Numbered from the stretch's first letter, positions 27,075 to 35,464 are shown. The stretch is DNA of 62,260 nt from a virus (IMGVR_UViG_3300038429_000202:1-62260), one strand, 5' to 3'. The notes: generated by a model from the letters alone, not told the origin. Numbers and translations: made by a program.

Positions 27075-27418
27075 CAGCGAAGTTCGCGAACCACCGCCTG
27101 AAACAGATAATCCTTGATCTTCTGCTCCTGCGGCAGCTGATCGTAAGGCAGGAAAGCCGGATGCTCTTTCTTGCCCGGATCCTTGACTGGACCGTGCTTC
27201 CAGCCTTCGCGCTGCTTCTCGGCCATCCAGTTGTCGTGGCTGGCGCTCGGCTTTGCGGTCGGGTGTGCCAATGAGAATCCGACGCCGTCGACTGCAGACT
27301 GTCGCTGCCATTCCGGGGCCTGATCCCAGGGAAGCTGGGAGTCGTCGCCGATCGCGTGGCAATAGGCGCGATTGATCTCGTGACAAACCTTGGCAATTTC
27401 CGCTGGTGACATGCTCAT
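27074..27418 (-). CDS. RyR-domain protein
   Basis: SHDNWMAEKQREGWKHGPVKDPGKKEHPAFLPYDQLPQEQKIKD. Confidence 0.85.
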   Translation of the reverse strand: MSMSPAEIAKVCHEINRAYCHAIGDDSQLPWDQAPEWQRQSAVDGVGFSLAHPTAKPSASHDNWMAEKQREGWKHGPVKDPGKKEHPAFLPYDQLPQEQKIKDYLFQAVVRELR

Positions 27419-27425
27419 CTCCTGA

Positions 27426-27510
27426 ATGAAACGGGGCTCCCTTCGTGAGGGGGGAGGGTCGCGCCGGGAGCCCCGTACCCGCCTGCCGGGTTGGATTGCT
27501 TAGCGGGCGG
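27426..27510 (-). ncRNA. Candidate small RNA / structured leader with an anti-SD loop
   Basis: TTGACA-N17-AACACT upstream; two hairpins; 11-bp stem ACGGGGCTCCC/GGGAGCCCCGT whose loop contains CCCUCCCCCCUC, followed by a U-rich tail. Confidence 0.5.
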
Positions 27511-27527
27511 TAGTCAGTGTTGACTAC
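27510..27527. promoter_or_regulatory. Palindromic operator GTAGTCA-N4-TGACTAC overlapping a -10 element
   Basis: Direct inspection. Confidence 0.6.
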
Positions 27528-27965
27528 TTATTTGGGGTTGTCAACCGGAGCGGCCGCTTTATTTTCCGTCGGCTTGACCTCGCCGGCCGGCGCCGATCCA
27601 ATCCGGGTCTTCAGGTACACGGCGAACTGGCCGAGATCCAGCGACCGGGCCTGCGCCGCGGTATCGAGGATGCCGTTCTGTCCCATCAGCATGCGCTCCT
27701 CCTGCTCGGACAGATAAAGCACCTTGCACTTCTCGCCGGGGGTCGGGCACTCGGCGGCGAACGCCTTGACGGCGCCGAAGATGATCAAGGCCCAGATAAC
27801 AAAATTGAGAAGCAGGGCGAGCTGGCGGATATGGGTGCGGGCGTAAAGCATCAGTCTTCCTTTCGGCGTGAGAGTTTTCATGCGGTCGATGACGACTTGG
27901 TTGCGGGCGGTTTGCGCGATGTCGCGCTCGATCGTGGAGACGATCTTCTCGAAGCGGATGTTCAT
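27528..27965 (-). CDS. Membrane/exported protein
   Basis: TM segment ending AFA, followed by a CPTPGEKC domain. Confidence 0.6.
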   Translation of the reverse strand: MNIRFEKIVSTIERDIAQTARNQVVIDRMKTLTPKGRLMLYARTHIRQLALLLNFVIWALIIFGAVKAFAAECPTPGEKCKVLYLSEQEERMLMGQNGILDTAAQARSLDLGQFAVYLKTRIGSAPAGEVKPTENKAAAPVDNPK

Positions 27966-28267
27966 GTGCCTTCCTCCCGCGGCGGGTGCGCACCGATCTT
28001 CTGTGGGATCGGCTTGCGGTTAACGGTCTTGCGGGTGCGGAACTTTCTCGGCAGCAGCTTTCGCGCGGCGCGATCGAGCTCGTCCTGCCGGCGCTTCTGA
28101 TCCAGCAAGCCTTCGATGGCGACTATGTACGGGCCGGGCACGATGTCGCGATGGGTGAGGCGGTGGATGGTGGACTGGTCGACGCCGAGTGCTGCAGCCA
28201 GCTTGTGCTTCCACTTCTTGCGTCCGTACAGTTTCTGGCCGGCGGAAATCAGCTGGAGGGGGGTCAC
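27962..28267 (-). CDS. HTH DNA-binding protein
   Basis: GGAGG RBS before GTG; WKHKLAAALGVDQSTIHRL. Confidence 0.7.
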   Translation of the reverse strand: MTPLQLISAGQKLYGRKKWKHKLAAALGVDQSTIHRLTHRDIVPGPYIVAIEGLLDQKRRQDELDRAARKLLPRKFRTRKTVNRKPIPQKIGAHPPREEGT

Positions 28268-28385
28268 AGGCTCCTCCCGCTCGATGTGTGCTCTAGGATG
28301 ATCAGCGCGATCGCAATCAAGGCTGGGCCCAGCACCCACCAATTGACGTTGCCGACCTGACCGAGCTCGTAGATTTGCGCGAGTG

Positions 28386-28562
28386 TCATTTGACAAAACA
28401 CCTCGCCCGCACCGCGTCGATCTCGGCATCGGTGTAACCATGCGCCTTGCCCTTGGCGCGCGCGGCCTTCTCGCCCAGCACCTCGATATACGCATGCACC
28501 AGCCAGCAGGGGACGGTGCTGTGCGGCGTCGCCGTTCCAAGGAAGACCAGAAGCGAGATCAT
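28386..28562 (-). CDS. Small Cys-pair protein (58 aa, MISLLVFLG...CWLV...RCFVK)
   Basis: Manual translation; GGAG RBS; ATGA overlaps. Confidence 0.5.
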   Translation of the reverse strand: MISLLVFLGTATPHSTVPCWLVHAYIEVLGEKAARAKGKAHGYTDAEIDAVRARCFVK

Positions 28563-28780
28563 TTGGTATTCTCCACCGCCTTGCGCAGCATCTCGTACAT
28601 CTCCGACTTCGTCATCTCGACATGCTTATACGGCTTGACCGCGATCGTGTTGCGGTTGGGGATGATCTTGCGGGACGCGCCCATATCAACAACGCTTTCA
28701 GATTTTCATTGCCCGGGTCGATGTTGCCCCAAGCGATTCCACGGAGATACTCGGGCGGCGATATGCCGCTGAAATCGAAA

Positions 28781-29377
28781 TCAGACATAGAGCGCCACCG
28801 CTTTCCGACGCCACACCGCCCACGCGTCCTTCAGCTTGGTGTTGAAGTAGCCCCACGACAGCTTCCACACTGCTTCCTCGTGCAGCTTTAGATCCTGCAG
28901 CGGGCAGTACGAGTCGAACATGTATTCGAGGCGGTCCGCGGCATTCGCCAGCAAAGCGGCCTGAACGTGCCATCCCAATCTAGTTCGGCTATCCAGTTGC
29001 ATACCAGCGCGCAGCATGCGGACGAACTCCCCCATAGGCGTTCGATTCGACAGCCGCCCGGCAATGTCGTGCATCGCCTCGATCATTTTGGGATCGGCGC
29101 TGTCGTCGACGCCGGCCTTCCACGATTGTGGGTCCGGTGGATATGGCACCTCGAGCAGCACCGGCGGATGCTGCGTCCCGAGGATAACAAGGTGGATTTT
29201 CTCGCCGGTGTTGATCCGCTCCAGTTCATCGGGCGTCGGTTCCCACGCGGTCACCATGCAGGGCGTTTGCTCGCCGTCGACCGTCGTGTTGCGCAACTCG
29301 TCGCGGAGCGGCAAGCCGAGATAGCCCTGAGATTTGCCTAGGACGCGGGTGGCGTTGGGGATGCGGGCGATCAACAT
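28781..29377 (-). CDS. Phage hypothetical protein
   Basis: TRVLGKSQGYLGLPLRD...WEPTPDEL; TGATG overlap. Confidence 0.65.
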   Translation of the reverse strand: MLIARIPNATRVLGKSQGYLGLPLRDELRNTTVDGEQTPCMVTAWEPTPDELERINTGEKIHLVILGTQHPPVLLEVPYPPDPQSWKAGVDDSADPKMIEAMHDIAGRLSNRTPMGEFVRMLRAGMQLDSRTRLGWHVQAALLANAADRLEYMFDSYCPLQDLKLHEEAVWKLSWGYFNTKLKDAWAVWRRKAVALYV

Positions 29378-29775
29378 CAGCGTTTGTTCCAAGGTTTGAA
29401 ATCGCGCATCGCCTCAACATCGGGCCACGTCCCGTCAAACTGGATGGCGCGATCGTCGAGTGTGAGGAACGCCGCGGGCTTTTCGGAAGCGAACTCGAAC
29501 GACAATGGTTCATCCGTCTCCGGCATGCCGCCCGCCTCGCGCCACAACTTGCGCTGCTCGTAAAGCCAGAACTGCATTGCCGTGATCGCATCGGCGTGCT
29601 TGCTGCGCGACGAGTAGATCACCAGCTTGAAATGCTTCGCCGCCTGTTCGGCCCACTCGAAGAAGCCGGGCACGACTGGATCCCTGATCGTTGCGTAGTC
29701 GGTCCAACCGCTGGTGTAACTGTGAATGACACCATCGAAATCCAGGCACAGGATCGGTTTGTGGGCAGTGGCCAT
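29377..29775 (-). CDS. HAD-superfamily phosphatase
   Basis: CLDFDGVIH (motif I), YSSR, KP, LDDRA. Confidence 0.85.
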   Translation of the reverse strand: MATAHKPILCLDFDGVIHSYTSGWTDYATIRDPVVPGFFEWAEQAAKHFKLVIYSSRSKHADAITAMQFWLYEQRKLWREAGGMPETDEPLSFEFASEKPAAFLTLDDRAIQFDGTWPDVEAMRDFKPWNKR

Positions 29776-30066
29776 AAGCGTAAATTCCTCGGGTGTTTTT
29801 GAACAGTTTACAGTTTGAACGAACGGGCGGGTGGTTAGCAGTCGATGGCGGGGGTGTGTAGCACGGGTCTAGGACTATTGCAATATGCACTTTTTTAAAA
29901 TTTTTTACCGGCGGGGGGTCGGGTGGGCCTACCCAAATACCTTTTATCGCTTGGGCCATCGCTTTCCGGGTTCCATCACGCGATTGTGATAATAAATCGT
30001 CGCTGCACCGCACCATGATCGAGTTCCATTTCGGCAGCCTGGGTGCGTCTAGGTTAGATGTACCTC

Positions 30067-30092
30067 CTAAGCTATTGATATCAATAGGTTAG
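30067..30092. promoter_or_regulatory. Palindrome containing two opposed IHF-consensus sites
   Basis: Perfect palindrome CTATTGATATCAATAG at 30072-30087; WATCAANNNNTTR matched on both strands. Confidence 0.55.
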
Positions 30093-30272
30093 TTGCGGTT
30101 TGCTGGTCGCGGTCCATATCTTACTCTTGAGTGTGATACGCGGTCGAGCGCGGGATTGGGAGCTGGAGGCCTGGATTTGAGGGGTTGGGGTTGACTTGGT
30201 TAGGGGTTTGGGGTAGGCGCCGAGCCTGGTGTGGTTAAATGGTAGCAAGCGACTCCCGAGTACCAGCGAGAT

Positions 30273-30566
30273 TTGGATTTGACAGTGCTTACCCCGTTCG
30301 CTCGCGCAATCGAAACGCTAAAGCCTGGTGCAACAGGATCCGATATCGCGGCACTTCTCGACCATAAGGTTAGTCGCCACTGCGCCCTTAATTGGAAAGC
30401 CGGACGGCATCCCCCGCCCGCTTGGGCGCTGGCGCTACTCGCTCAAAAAGTCAGAGCTCAAGCCAGCCATCGATTCGCGATCGCGCATGATCTCGACCAA
30501 ATGAAAACGGGCCCCGGCCGAAAAGCCGGAACCCGCAACATCATGGCTTATAACGCGAAACGCTAA
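30273..30566 (+). CDS. HTH-like protein
   Basis: DIAALL...VSRHCALNWKAGRHPPP. Confidence 0.55.
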   Translation: MDLTVLTPFARAIETLKPGATGSDIAALLDHKVSRHCALNWKAGRHPPPAWALALLAQKVRAQASHRFAIAHDLDQMKTGPGRKAGTRNIMAYNAKR

Positions 30567-30570
30567 CCAG

Positions 30571-30996
30571 TCACCGCAAATAATTGTCCCTCACGTAATT
30601 CGCCAGCTTGGCATTGCCGCGAATCACGTTAGTTACTTCGACTCTGCCCCAGCCCGATCCAGCTTCGTCCGCCTTGGCTCCTATTTGCACAACGGTTTGC
30701 CCGTTCATACAATCGTGTTCGACTCCCTGGTAAGCCATGAAAGCGTCGACGAGCATTCCTCGCGATGGGTTGGGCTCGTTCTCATAACCGCAAACGGAAA
30801 GCGCTCGGCGCCGCTTCTCAGGATCATTCGGCATATAGATCGAACCCGATTCGATCCAGAATTGATTGTTTGGCCCGCCGGCGTCAGAACACGGCGTTAC
30901 CCGAACACAAAGCACATAATCGTCGGCGCCGTCCTCTTTCCAATAAAATCCGCCGTATTCGAGATTCAGATCGCCGTTGTAATTCCATTTAGACAT
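30571..30996 (-). CDS. Hypothetical early protein
   Basis: AGGAGG RBS; own promoter TTGACT-N17-TATAGG. Confidence 0.7.
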   Translation of the reverse strand: MSKWNYNGDLNLEYGGFYWKEDGADDYVLCVRVTPCSDAGGPNNQFWIESGSIYMPNDPEKRRRALSVCGYENEPNPSRGMLVDAFMAYQGVEHDCMNGQTVVQIGAKADEAGSGWGRVEVTNVIRGNAKLANYVRDNYLR

Positions 30997-31047
30997 CGTA
31001 TCCTCCTATTTCGGACCTAAAACCGTCCTAAAATCTCACAAAACACC

Positions 31048-31060
31048 TATACATTGTATC
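31048..31060. promoter_or_regulatory. Operator ATACA-W-TGTAT (copy 1)
   Basis: TATACATTGTATC overlapping a promoter; related copies at 31704 and 35572. Confidence 0.6.
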
Positions 31061-31080
31061 TCACTGCAAGTCAACATTAA

Positions 31081-31341
31081 ACTTTTGTAATAATCCTATA
31101 CCTAATTACCTAATTTGTGACCAGTGGCCACCTGTGGCGACCAAAAACGCATTTCCTACTCTTTCCAATTTTCCCCCGTGTCCGCCGTGGTGTCCATTCC
31201 TTACGCGTTCCCTTTCCTCCTTTCTCTTTTACCAGTATATAGAATAATAATGGTACTATTAAGAACAGCTTGCAAAGACCAGCAAAAACAGATATATAGC
31301 GTTCCCACTATGGTACATAACCGCTTGGACACAGAGGTCAC
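31081..31341. other. Candidate replication origin
   Basis: AT-rich non-coding core flanked by GTG(A/T/G)CC hexamers on the left and their reverse complements on the right. Confidence 0.4.
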
Positions 31342-31343
31342 AC

Positions 31344-31679
31344 ATGAATCCGGGACGAATTACCGCCGCAATGGTAGACACTGGTGCCGCCGCGCTTGTG
31401 GAAGCCCGCCGGCTCTCGCACGACGACCGCGCTACTGCGCACCTGGTTTTTACTGCGATGCTTCGCGTTGCGTCGTGGCCTCGCGCCATACGCTATCGGC
31501 CGCAATCCGCACAACCCGCCCAATACACTTTCGACGGCAAGCGCTTGCCAAAGAACCCGTTCAAGCTTTCCGATTTTGATTCGGAAGGAAAACGCATGGT
31601 TGGCGAATTCGATGGCAAGCCGGTTTACCAGTACGCACGCAATTTTTGGTATCTGGCGCCAAAGTACACGAAACCGTGA
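31344..31679 (+). CDS. Hypothetical protein
   Basis: GAGGT RBS. Confidence 0.55.
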   Translation: MNPGRITAAMVDTGAAALVEARRLSHDDRATAHLVFTAMLRVASWPRAIRYRPQSAQPAQYTFDGKRLPKNPFKLSDFDSEGKRMVGEFDGKPVYQYARNFWYLAPKYTKP

Positions 31680-31703
31680 TAACAAACCCCTTGCATTCCT
31701 GTT

Positions 31704-31716
31704 TATACAATGTATC
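31704..31716. promoter_or_regulatory. Operator ATACA-W-TGTAT (copy 2)
   Basis: TATACAATGTATC within TTGCAT-N16-TATCGT. Confidence 0.6.
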
Positions 31717-31747
31717 GTTAGCGGATCGAAACCGAAGGGGAACCAAA

Positions 31748-32200
31748 ATGCTTAATCGCAAATATAGCTGCATCGACGCGCTGCAGGCCGCCGGCATCGA
31801 CTATGAAGACGCTTGCGTGCTGCGCCGCGTATCCATGACGCTGCACTGCTGGCACGAGCTCGAATGTGGCGATTCGAACGACTACGCCTCATGGGGTATC
31901 GTGCGAGGCAGTCAACAGCCCGAAGGGTTCGTTTATGACGAAGCCGGGAAACCATTCAAGGAAGTACACCCGCACAGTGGCAAGCATACGCGCTACTCGC
32001 CTATGCCGGATCGCGAGCGTGGCGCCCTCAAGCGCTTGGCCGCCATCATGGCCCGTTACCCCGGTTTTGCGTCGTATGTACAGGGCGACCCGCGCGGGTG
32101 TGCACTGTACATCATCCCGCCGGATCAAGTCGAGGCAATCGCCCACCAAGGCTCGACGCTGGATTCCTGTTACAATCGCGGCATTGCGGTGCACAAATGA
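31748..32200 (+). CDS. Phage hypothetical protein (YVQGDPRG motif)
   Basis: AAGGGGAA RBS; LH.W.ELECG and YVQGDPRGCALYI. Confidence 0.7.
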   Translation: MLNRKYSCIDALQAAGIDYEDACVLRRVSMTLHCWHELECGDSNDYASWGIVRGSQQPEGFVYDEAGKPFKEVHPHSGKHTRYSPMPDRERGALKRLAAIMARYPGFASYVQGDPRGCALYIIPPDQVEAIAHQGSTLDSCYNRGIAVHK

Positions 32201-32406
32201 GCGCGCACCGCACCCTCGCCGGCCTCCCCTTCGCCGTCCACTCCCCGTCCTTGTTCGAGTACAACGGCGCCTGGATCGGCTACGACGGCCGCTCATGGCT
32301 TGTCGGAGCTCTGGGCCAATGGGGCACCCGGGAGTTTCCAACGCGCCAAGCGGCCGCTGAGACCGTCTACCGGGCATTTCACGGGCAAGAGGAGAATTTG
32401 GGATGA
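32197..32406 (+). CDS. Hypothetical protein
   Basis: ATGA overlaps. Confidence 0.5.
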   Translation: MSAHRTLAGLPFAVHSPSLFEYNGAWIGYDGRSWLVGALGQWGTREFPTRQAAAETVYRAFHGQEENLG

Positions 32407-32594
32407 CCGACAAAATCGATCCGAAGCTGTTTTTTCACGCCACCCCTAACCGCGAGAAATGCTCGGACGGCGGCGAGCACGATTTTGTAGGCTGGCGCGA
32501 ATGGAGCATTCCAGGCCAAGGCGGCGGGGGCGAAACCGTTTGCGCGCGTTGCGGCATCGGAGCTATGGAACATAGCTTGCGTTACAGCGAATGA
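32403..32594 (+). CDS. Small Zn-binding protein
   Basis: C...H...CARCG; GGAG RBS. Confidence 0.55.
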   Translation: MTDKIDPKLFFHATPNREKCSDGGEHDFVGWREWSIPGQGGGGETVCARCGIGAMEHSLRYSE

Positions 32595-32737
32595 CCGCCT
32601 TCCTCGCCCACCTCCTCGCCGGCGCCGCTTGCGGCTGGCTGATCTGGCGCATCAGCCCTCCCTGGTTGCGAGGAAAGTAAGCGCTTCCCACGGAACTAAT
32701 CCCGTGCTAAGGGCTTCCCCTCTTAAAGGGGTTGCCC

Positions 32738-33166
32738 ATGTCTTCCAGGTTCGATCCGTCCGACCGTCATAGCGAGGACATGATCAAGGCAATTCACGAA
32801 GCCTCACACCGCATTGCCCACGCCATCACAGAAGGATTCCAGCTCATGGCCAACGCCGAAACCCAGGCTCTTGCCGATCTCTCCCAAGCCGTCGTCGATC
32901 TCGGGACCGCGGTCGCTGCGGAAATCAACGCCCTGCAAGCCGCGATCAACGCGCAAGGTGTCAACAACTCGCCGGCGATTGAGGCGTCCGTCGCCAACAT
33001 CCGCAGCCTGATCGGTGGTCTCAATGCGTCCGTGACCGCGGCGAGTTCGACCGCTGGTACGACCGCGCCATCGCCGACCCCGGCTACGCCCGCCACACCG
33101 GCGCCAGCCGTTGCGGCCGCAACAGCAACCCCCGCACCGGCTACCCCCACCAGCCCGGCGACCTAA
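32738..33166 (+). CDS. Helical protein with a Pro/Ala/Thr-rich tail
   Basis: AAGGGG RBS; amphipathic helices followed by PAT repeats. Confidence 0.65.
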   Translation: MSSRFDPSDRHSEDMIKAIHEASHRIAHAITEGFQLMANAETQALADLSQAVVDLGTAVAAEINALQAAINAQGVNNSPAIEASVANIRSLIGGLNASVTAASSTAGTTAPSPTPATPATPAPAVAAATATPAPATPTSPAT

Positions 33167-35346
33167 TCGACGCCTGCGCGCTTGTAGCGCCAAGCGAAGC
33201 CATCCGCTATCCGCTTGTGGTAGCGGGTGAACTTCAGGCGCTTCAGGATGGCCCCCGCCCGCATCGCGTCAGCCCGGCTAACCATGTCGGGCTTTCGCTG
33301 TATCCACTGGTTGTCACACAGCACGTCGGTCACCGTGACGTCGTTCTTGGCCTTTTCATCGACATAGCGGGCGATCAATTCGAACCAGTCGTCGCCTTCT
33401 CGACGCCGGTCCTGCTCCTCGCCGGCCACCTTCCACAGCCGCTCCGGCAACGCCACCGAGTCCCCGCGCGCCTCGTGCACCGCAGCCTCGGCCCATAGTT
33501 GGTCGCGATCGCGACGCAATGCCTCAAGATCGATCCGGCCCGTGGTGACCGGCCAGAACCGCCGGTTGCCGGTTTGCGATTTCAGATATTCGTCGTCGTT
33601 GGTGGTGGCGAAGAACACGGTGCGGCGCGGGCGGTCGACACGGAAGCGGCCGTAGGCCGGCCTGGCGCGATCCACCTTGCGGGAAGCGAAGGCTTTGACC
33701 TGCTCGACGTCGGCCTTTTTCATGCCGGTGAGATCCGCGATCTCATACAGCCATACCCCCGTCATTGCTTCCTGCTGTTCCCGACCCGGCAGTCCCATGA
33801 CGTGCTGGTCGCTGAAATTTTCCGATCCAGCCAGGATCTCGATCGCCGTCGACTTCCCCTTGCCCTCGACGGATTCGAAAACGACGATCTGATCGAACTT
33901 GGTGCCTGGGTCGAACGCGCGCCGTACCGCAGCAATCAGCGTTACCTTGCCGATAACCCGGTTGAGCTCGGTGTCCGGGGCGCCCATGTAGATTATCAGC
34001 CAGTGGTCGAGCCGCGGCGTGCCGTCCCAGGTCAGGCTGTCCAGATAGTCGCACACCGGGTCGAACTGGTGTTCGAGACACAGTTGCGTGCAGGCGTCGC
34101 GCGTGTTTTCTGTCTTGGGATCAAAGCCATACCGCGCCCTTATGAGTTTCCGGATCATCTGGATGGCGTCGTCCGACATGTCGCCGGCCCACTGGTTGAT
34201 GACTTGGCCGCCGACCAGCATTTTCTCGTGGAACAGGTCTTTCCGGCAGGCGATGCCGAGATGAGCCACGGCAATGCCGGTGTTGGTACAGGTTGACTTG
34301 GGGCGGCCTTCGTCGTCGCGATCGGGGAAGAAGATCGGTTGCTGGCCTCCGAACGCTGCGGGGAGGGCTTGCGCGCCGGTGGCATGGCCGTTGAGATAGG
34401 GTTGCGGGTCGGGGGCTCCGCCGTTCCAGCCGGCCTGCCGCGCCAGATGGTAGATCGTGCCGACCGACACCCCAGTCCGCCTGAATGACTTCCACTTGTC
34501 TTCGCAGGCGCTTAGGGAATACTTCTCAGGGCATGTCTGAGACCACTCGTCAAAGATGGTAAAGCCGATGTCGCCGTCATTGGTCTCCCACCCGAGATCC
34601 TTGAGCGCCATGCCGACTTGGAACCAGGTCTCATACTGATTCGCAGGGATAGCCGACAGCGCCGAGATCAGCCGCGCCTGCTCGGAAGCAGACCAAACCG
34701 TCTTGAGAGCTTCGGACGCTTGGGCGTTGATATCTTTGACGGTTTGTCCGGAAAGATGCGCTGGCACATGACCGAGATGGTCAAAACCCTGCCCCCCAGT
34801 TTTACTTGCAATTTCAAAGCCTTGGCCCCACTGTCTTAAACTATCGGGTAATATTGCGAGTGGAACCTGTTTTATCCACTTATAATTTCGACCTGAGATA
34901 TGATTGCTTGGGGGCAGGATAATATACCCCCCTTCACCTCGAACGTGAACCTTGCCGCGCGCCGCGGAGCGTACAGATGGCGCTCCATCTCGCGTAGCAA
35001 AAACAAGATGGACACCTCGACCCGTCTGCGAGGCGAGTGTCTCAGGCACGCAGCCGTACTGCGCCACGAACGCCTGAAACTCGGCGAAGCCTTCGGCGCC
35101 GTCGATGTCAAAAACAGCAATTCCCCCTCCTGTCGCGAGCGCGATATTGGCCGTCGGCCAGCGCGTCCACCATTTCCGGATCTGCGCCTCGTCGTCGGTC
35201 GCTTCCTTGAACCCGGCGCGCGTCCGCGGATGTTTTCCTGGACTTCCACAGGCCACTTTGCCGCAGCTGCACGCGCCGTTGACGATCGAGTGGCAGGGGA
35301 AAATCCGCCAGCCCATTCGCGAATAAGCAAGAGCCGATTCAAGCAT
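33163..35346 (-). CDS. Primase-helicase (Prim-Pol + PriCT-2 + VirE/VapE ATPase)
   Basis: GKHP, NIALATG, FDIDG, GVHL, GGYIILPPS; WFQVGMALK...W; GKGKST, TGNRRFWPV. Confidence 0.92.
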   Translation of the reverse strand: MLESALAYSRMGWRIFPCHSIVNGACSCGKVACGSPGKHPRTRAGFKEATDDEAQIRKWWTRWPTANIALATGGGIAVFDIDGAEGFAEFQAFVAQYGCVPETLASQTGRGVHLVFATRDGAPSVRSAARGKVHVRGEGGYIILPPSNHISGRNYKWIKQVPLAILPDSLRQWGQGFEIASKTGGQGFDHLGHVPAHLSGQTVKDINAQASEALKTVWSASEQARLISALSAIPANQYETWFQVGMALKDLGWETNDGDIGFTIFDEWSQTCPEKYSLSACEDKWKSFRRTGVSVGTIYHLARQAGWNGGAPDPQPYLNGHATGAQALPAAFGGQQPIFFPDRDDEGRPKSTCTNTGIAVAHLGIACRKDLFHEKMLVGGQVINQWAGDMSDDAIQMIRKLIRARYGFDPKTENTRDACTQLCLEHQFDPVCDYLDSLTWDGTPRLDHWLIIYMGAPDTELNRVIGKVTLIAAVRRAFDPGTKFDQIVVFESVEGKGKSTAIEILAGSENFSDQHVMGLPGREQQEAMTGVWLYEIADLTGMKKADVEQVKAFASRKVDRARPAYGRFRVDRPRRTVFFATTNDDEYLKSQTGNRRFWPVTTGRIDLEALRRDRDQLWAEAAVHEARGDSVALPERLWKVAGEEQDRRREGDDWFELIARYVDEKAKNDVTVTDVLCDNQWIQRKPDMVSRADAMRAGAILKRLKFTRYHKRIADGFAWRYKRAGVD

Positions 35347-35395
35347 TTGCGATAACCGCTTGCCAAACCGGATTTGCTGATGTTATGGTGCGCAT
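35339..35395 (-). CDS. 18-aa leader peptide MRTITSANPVWQAVIANA overlapping the primase start
   Basis: AAGGGGAA SD at 35413-35406; the stop codon lies just inside the primase ORF (8-nt overlap). Confidence 0.5.
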   Translation of the reverse strand: MRTITSANPVWQAVIANA

Positions 35396-35464
35396 GCGGT
35401 TTCGATTCCCCTTGGGCCGCGTCCTCGGTATAGCCGGTCAGCTCTTCCAAGCTGGCCGGTTTTC
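35396..35464 (+). ncRNA. Candidate counter-transcribed antisense RNA (~70 nt)
   Basis: TTGCCA-N18-TATGGT (with TG extension) upstream; hairpin with UUCCCCUU loop; intrinsic terminator. Confidence 0.5.
35433..35464 (+). terminator. Rho-independent terminator
   Basis: GCCGGTCAGC-TCTTCCAA-GCTGGCCGGT followed by TTT. Confidence 0.65.

Noticed and set aside
28559-28788. Programmed frameshift between two overlapping tiny ORFs (MSDFDF... and MGASRK...)
   Set aside because: No slippery heptamer seen; more likely a deletion scar, and support is too weak
35396-35464. tRNA (TTCGATTCCC resembles a T-arm)
   Set aside because: The motif is at the 5' end with no upstream cloverleaf; it fits two hairpins plus a terminator better
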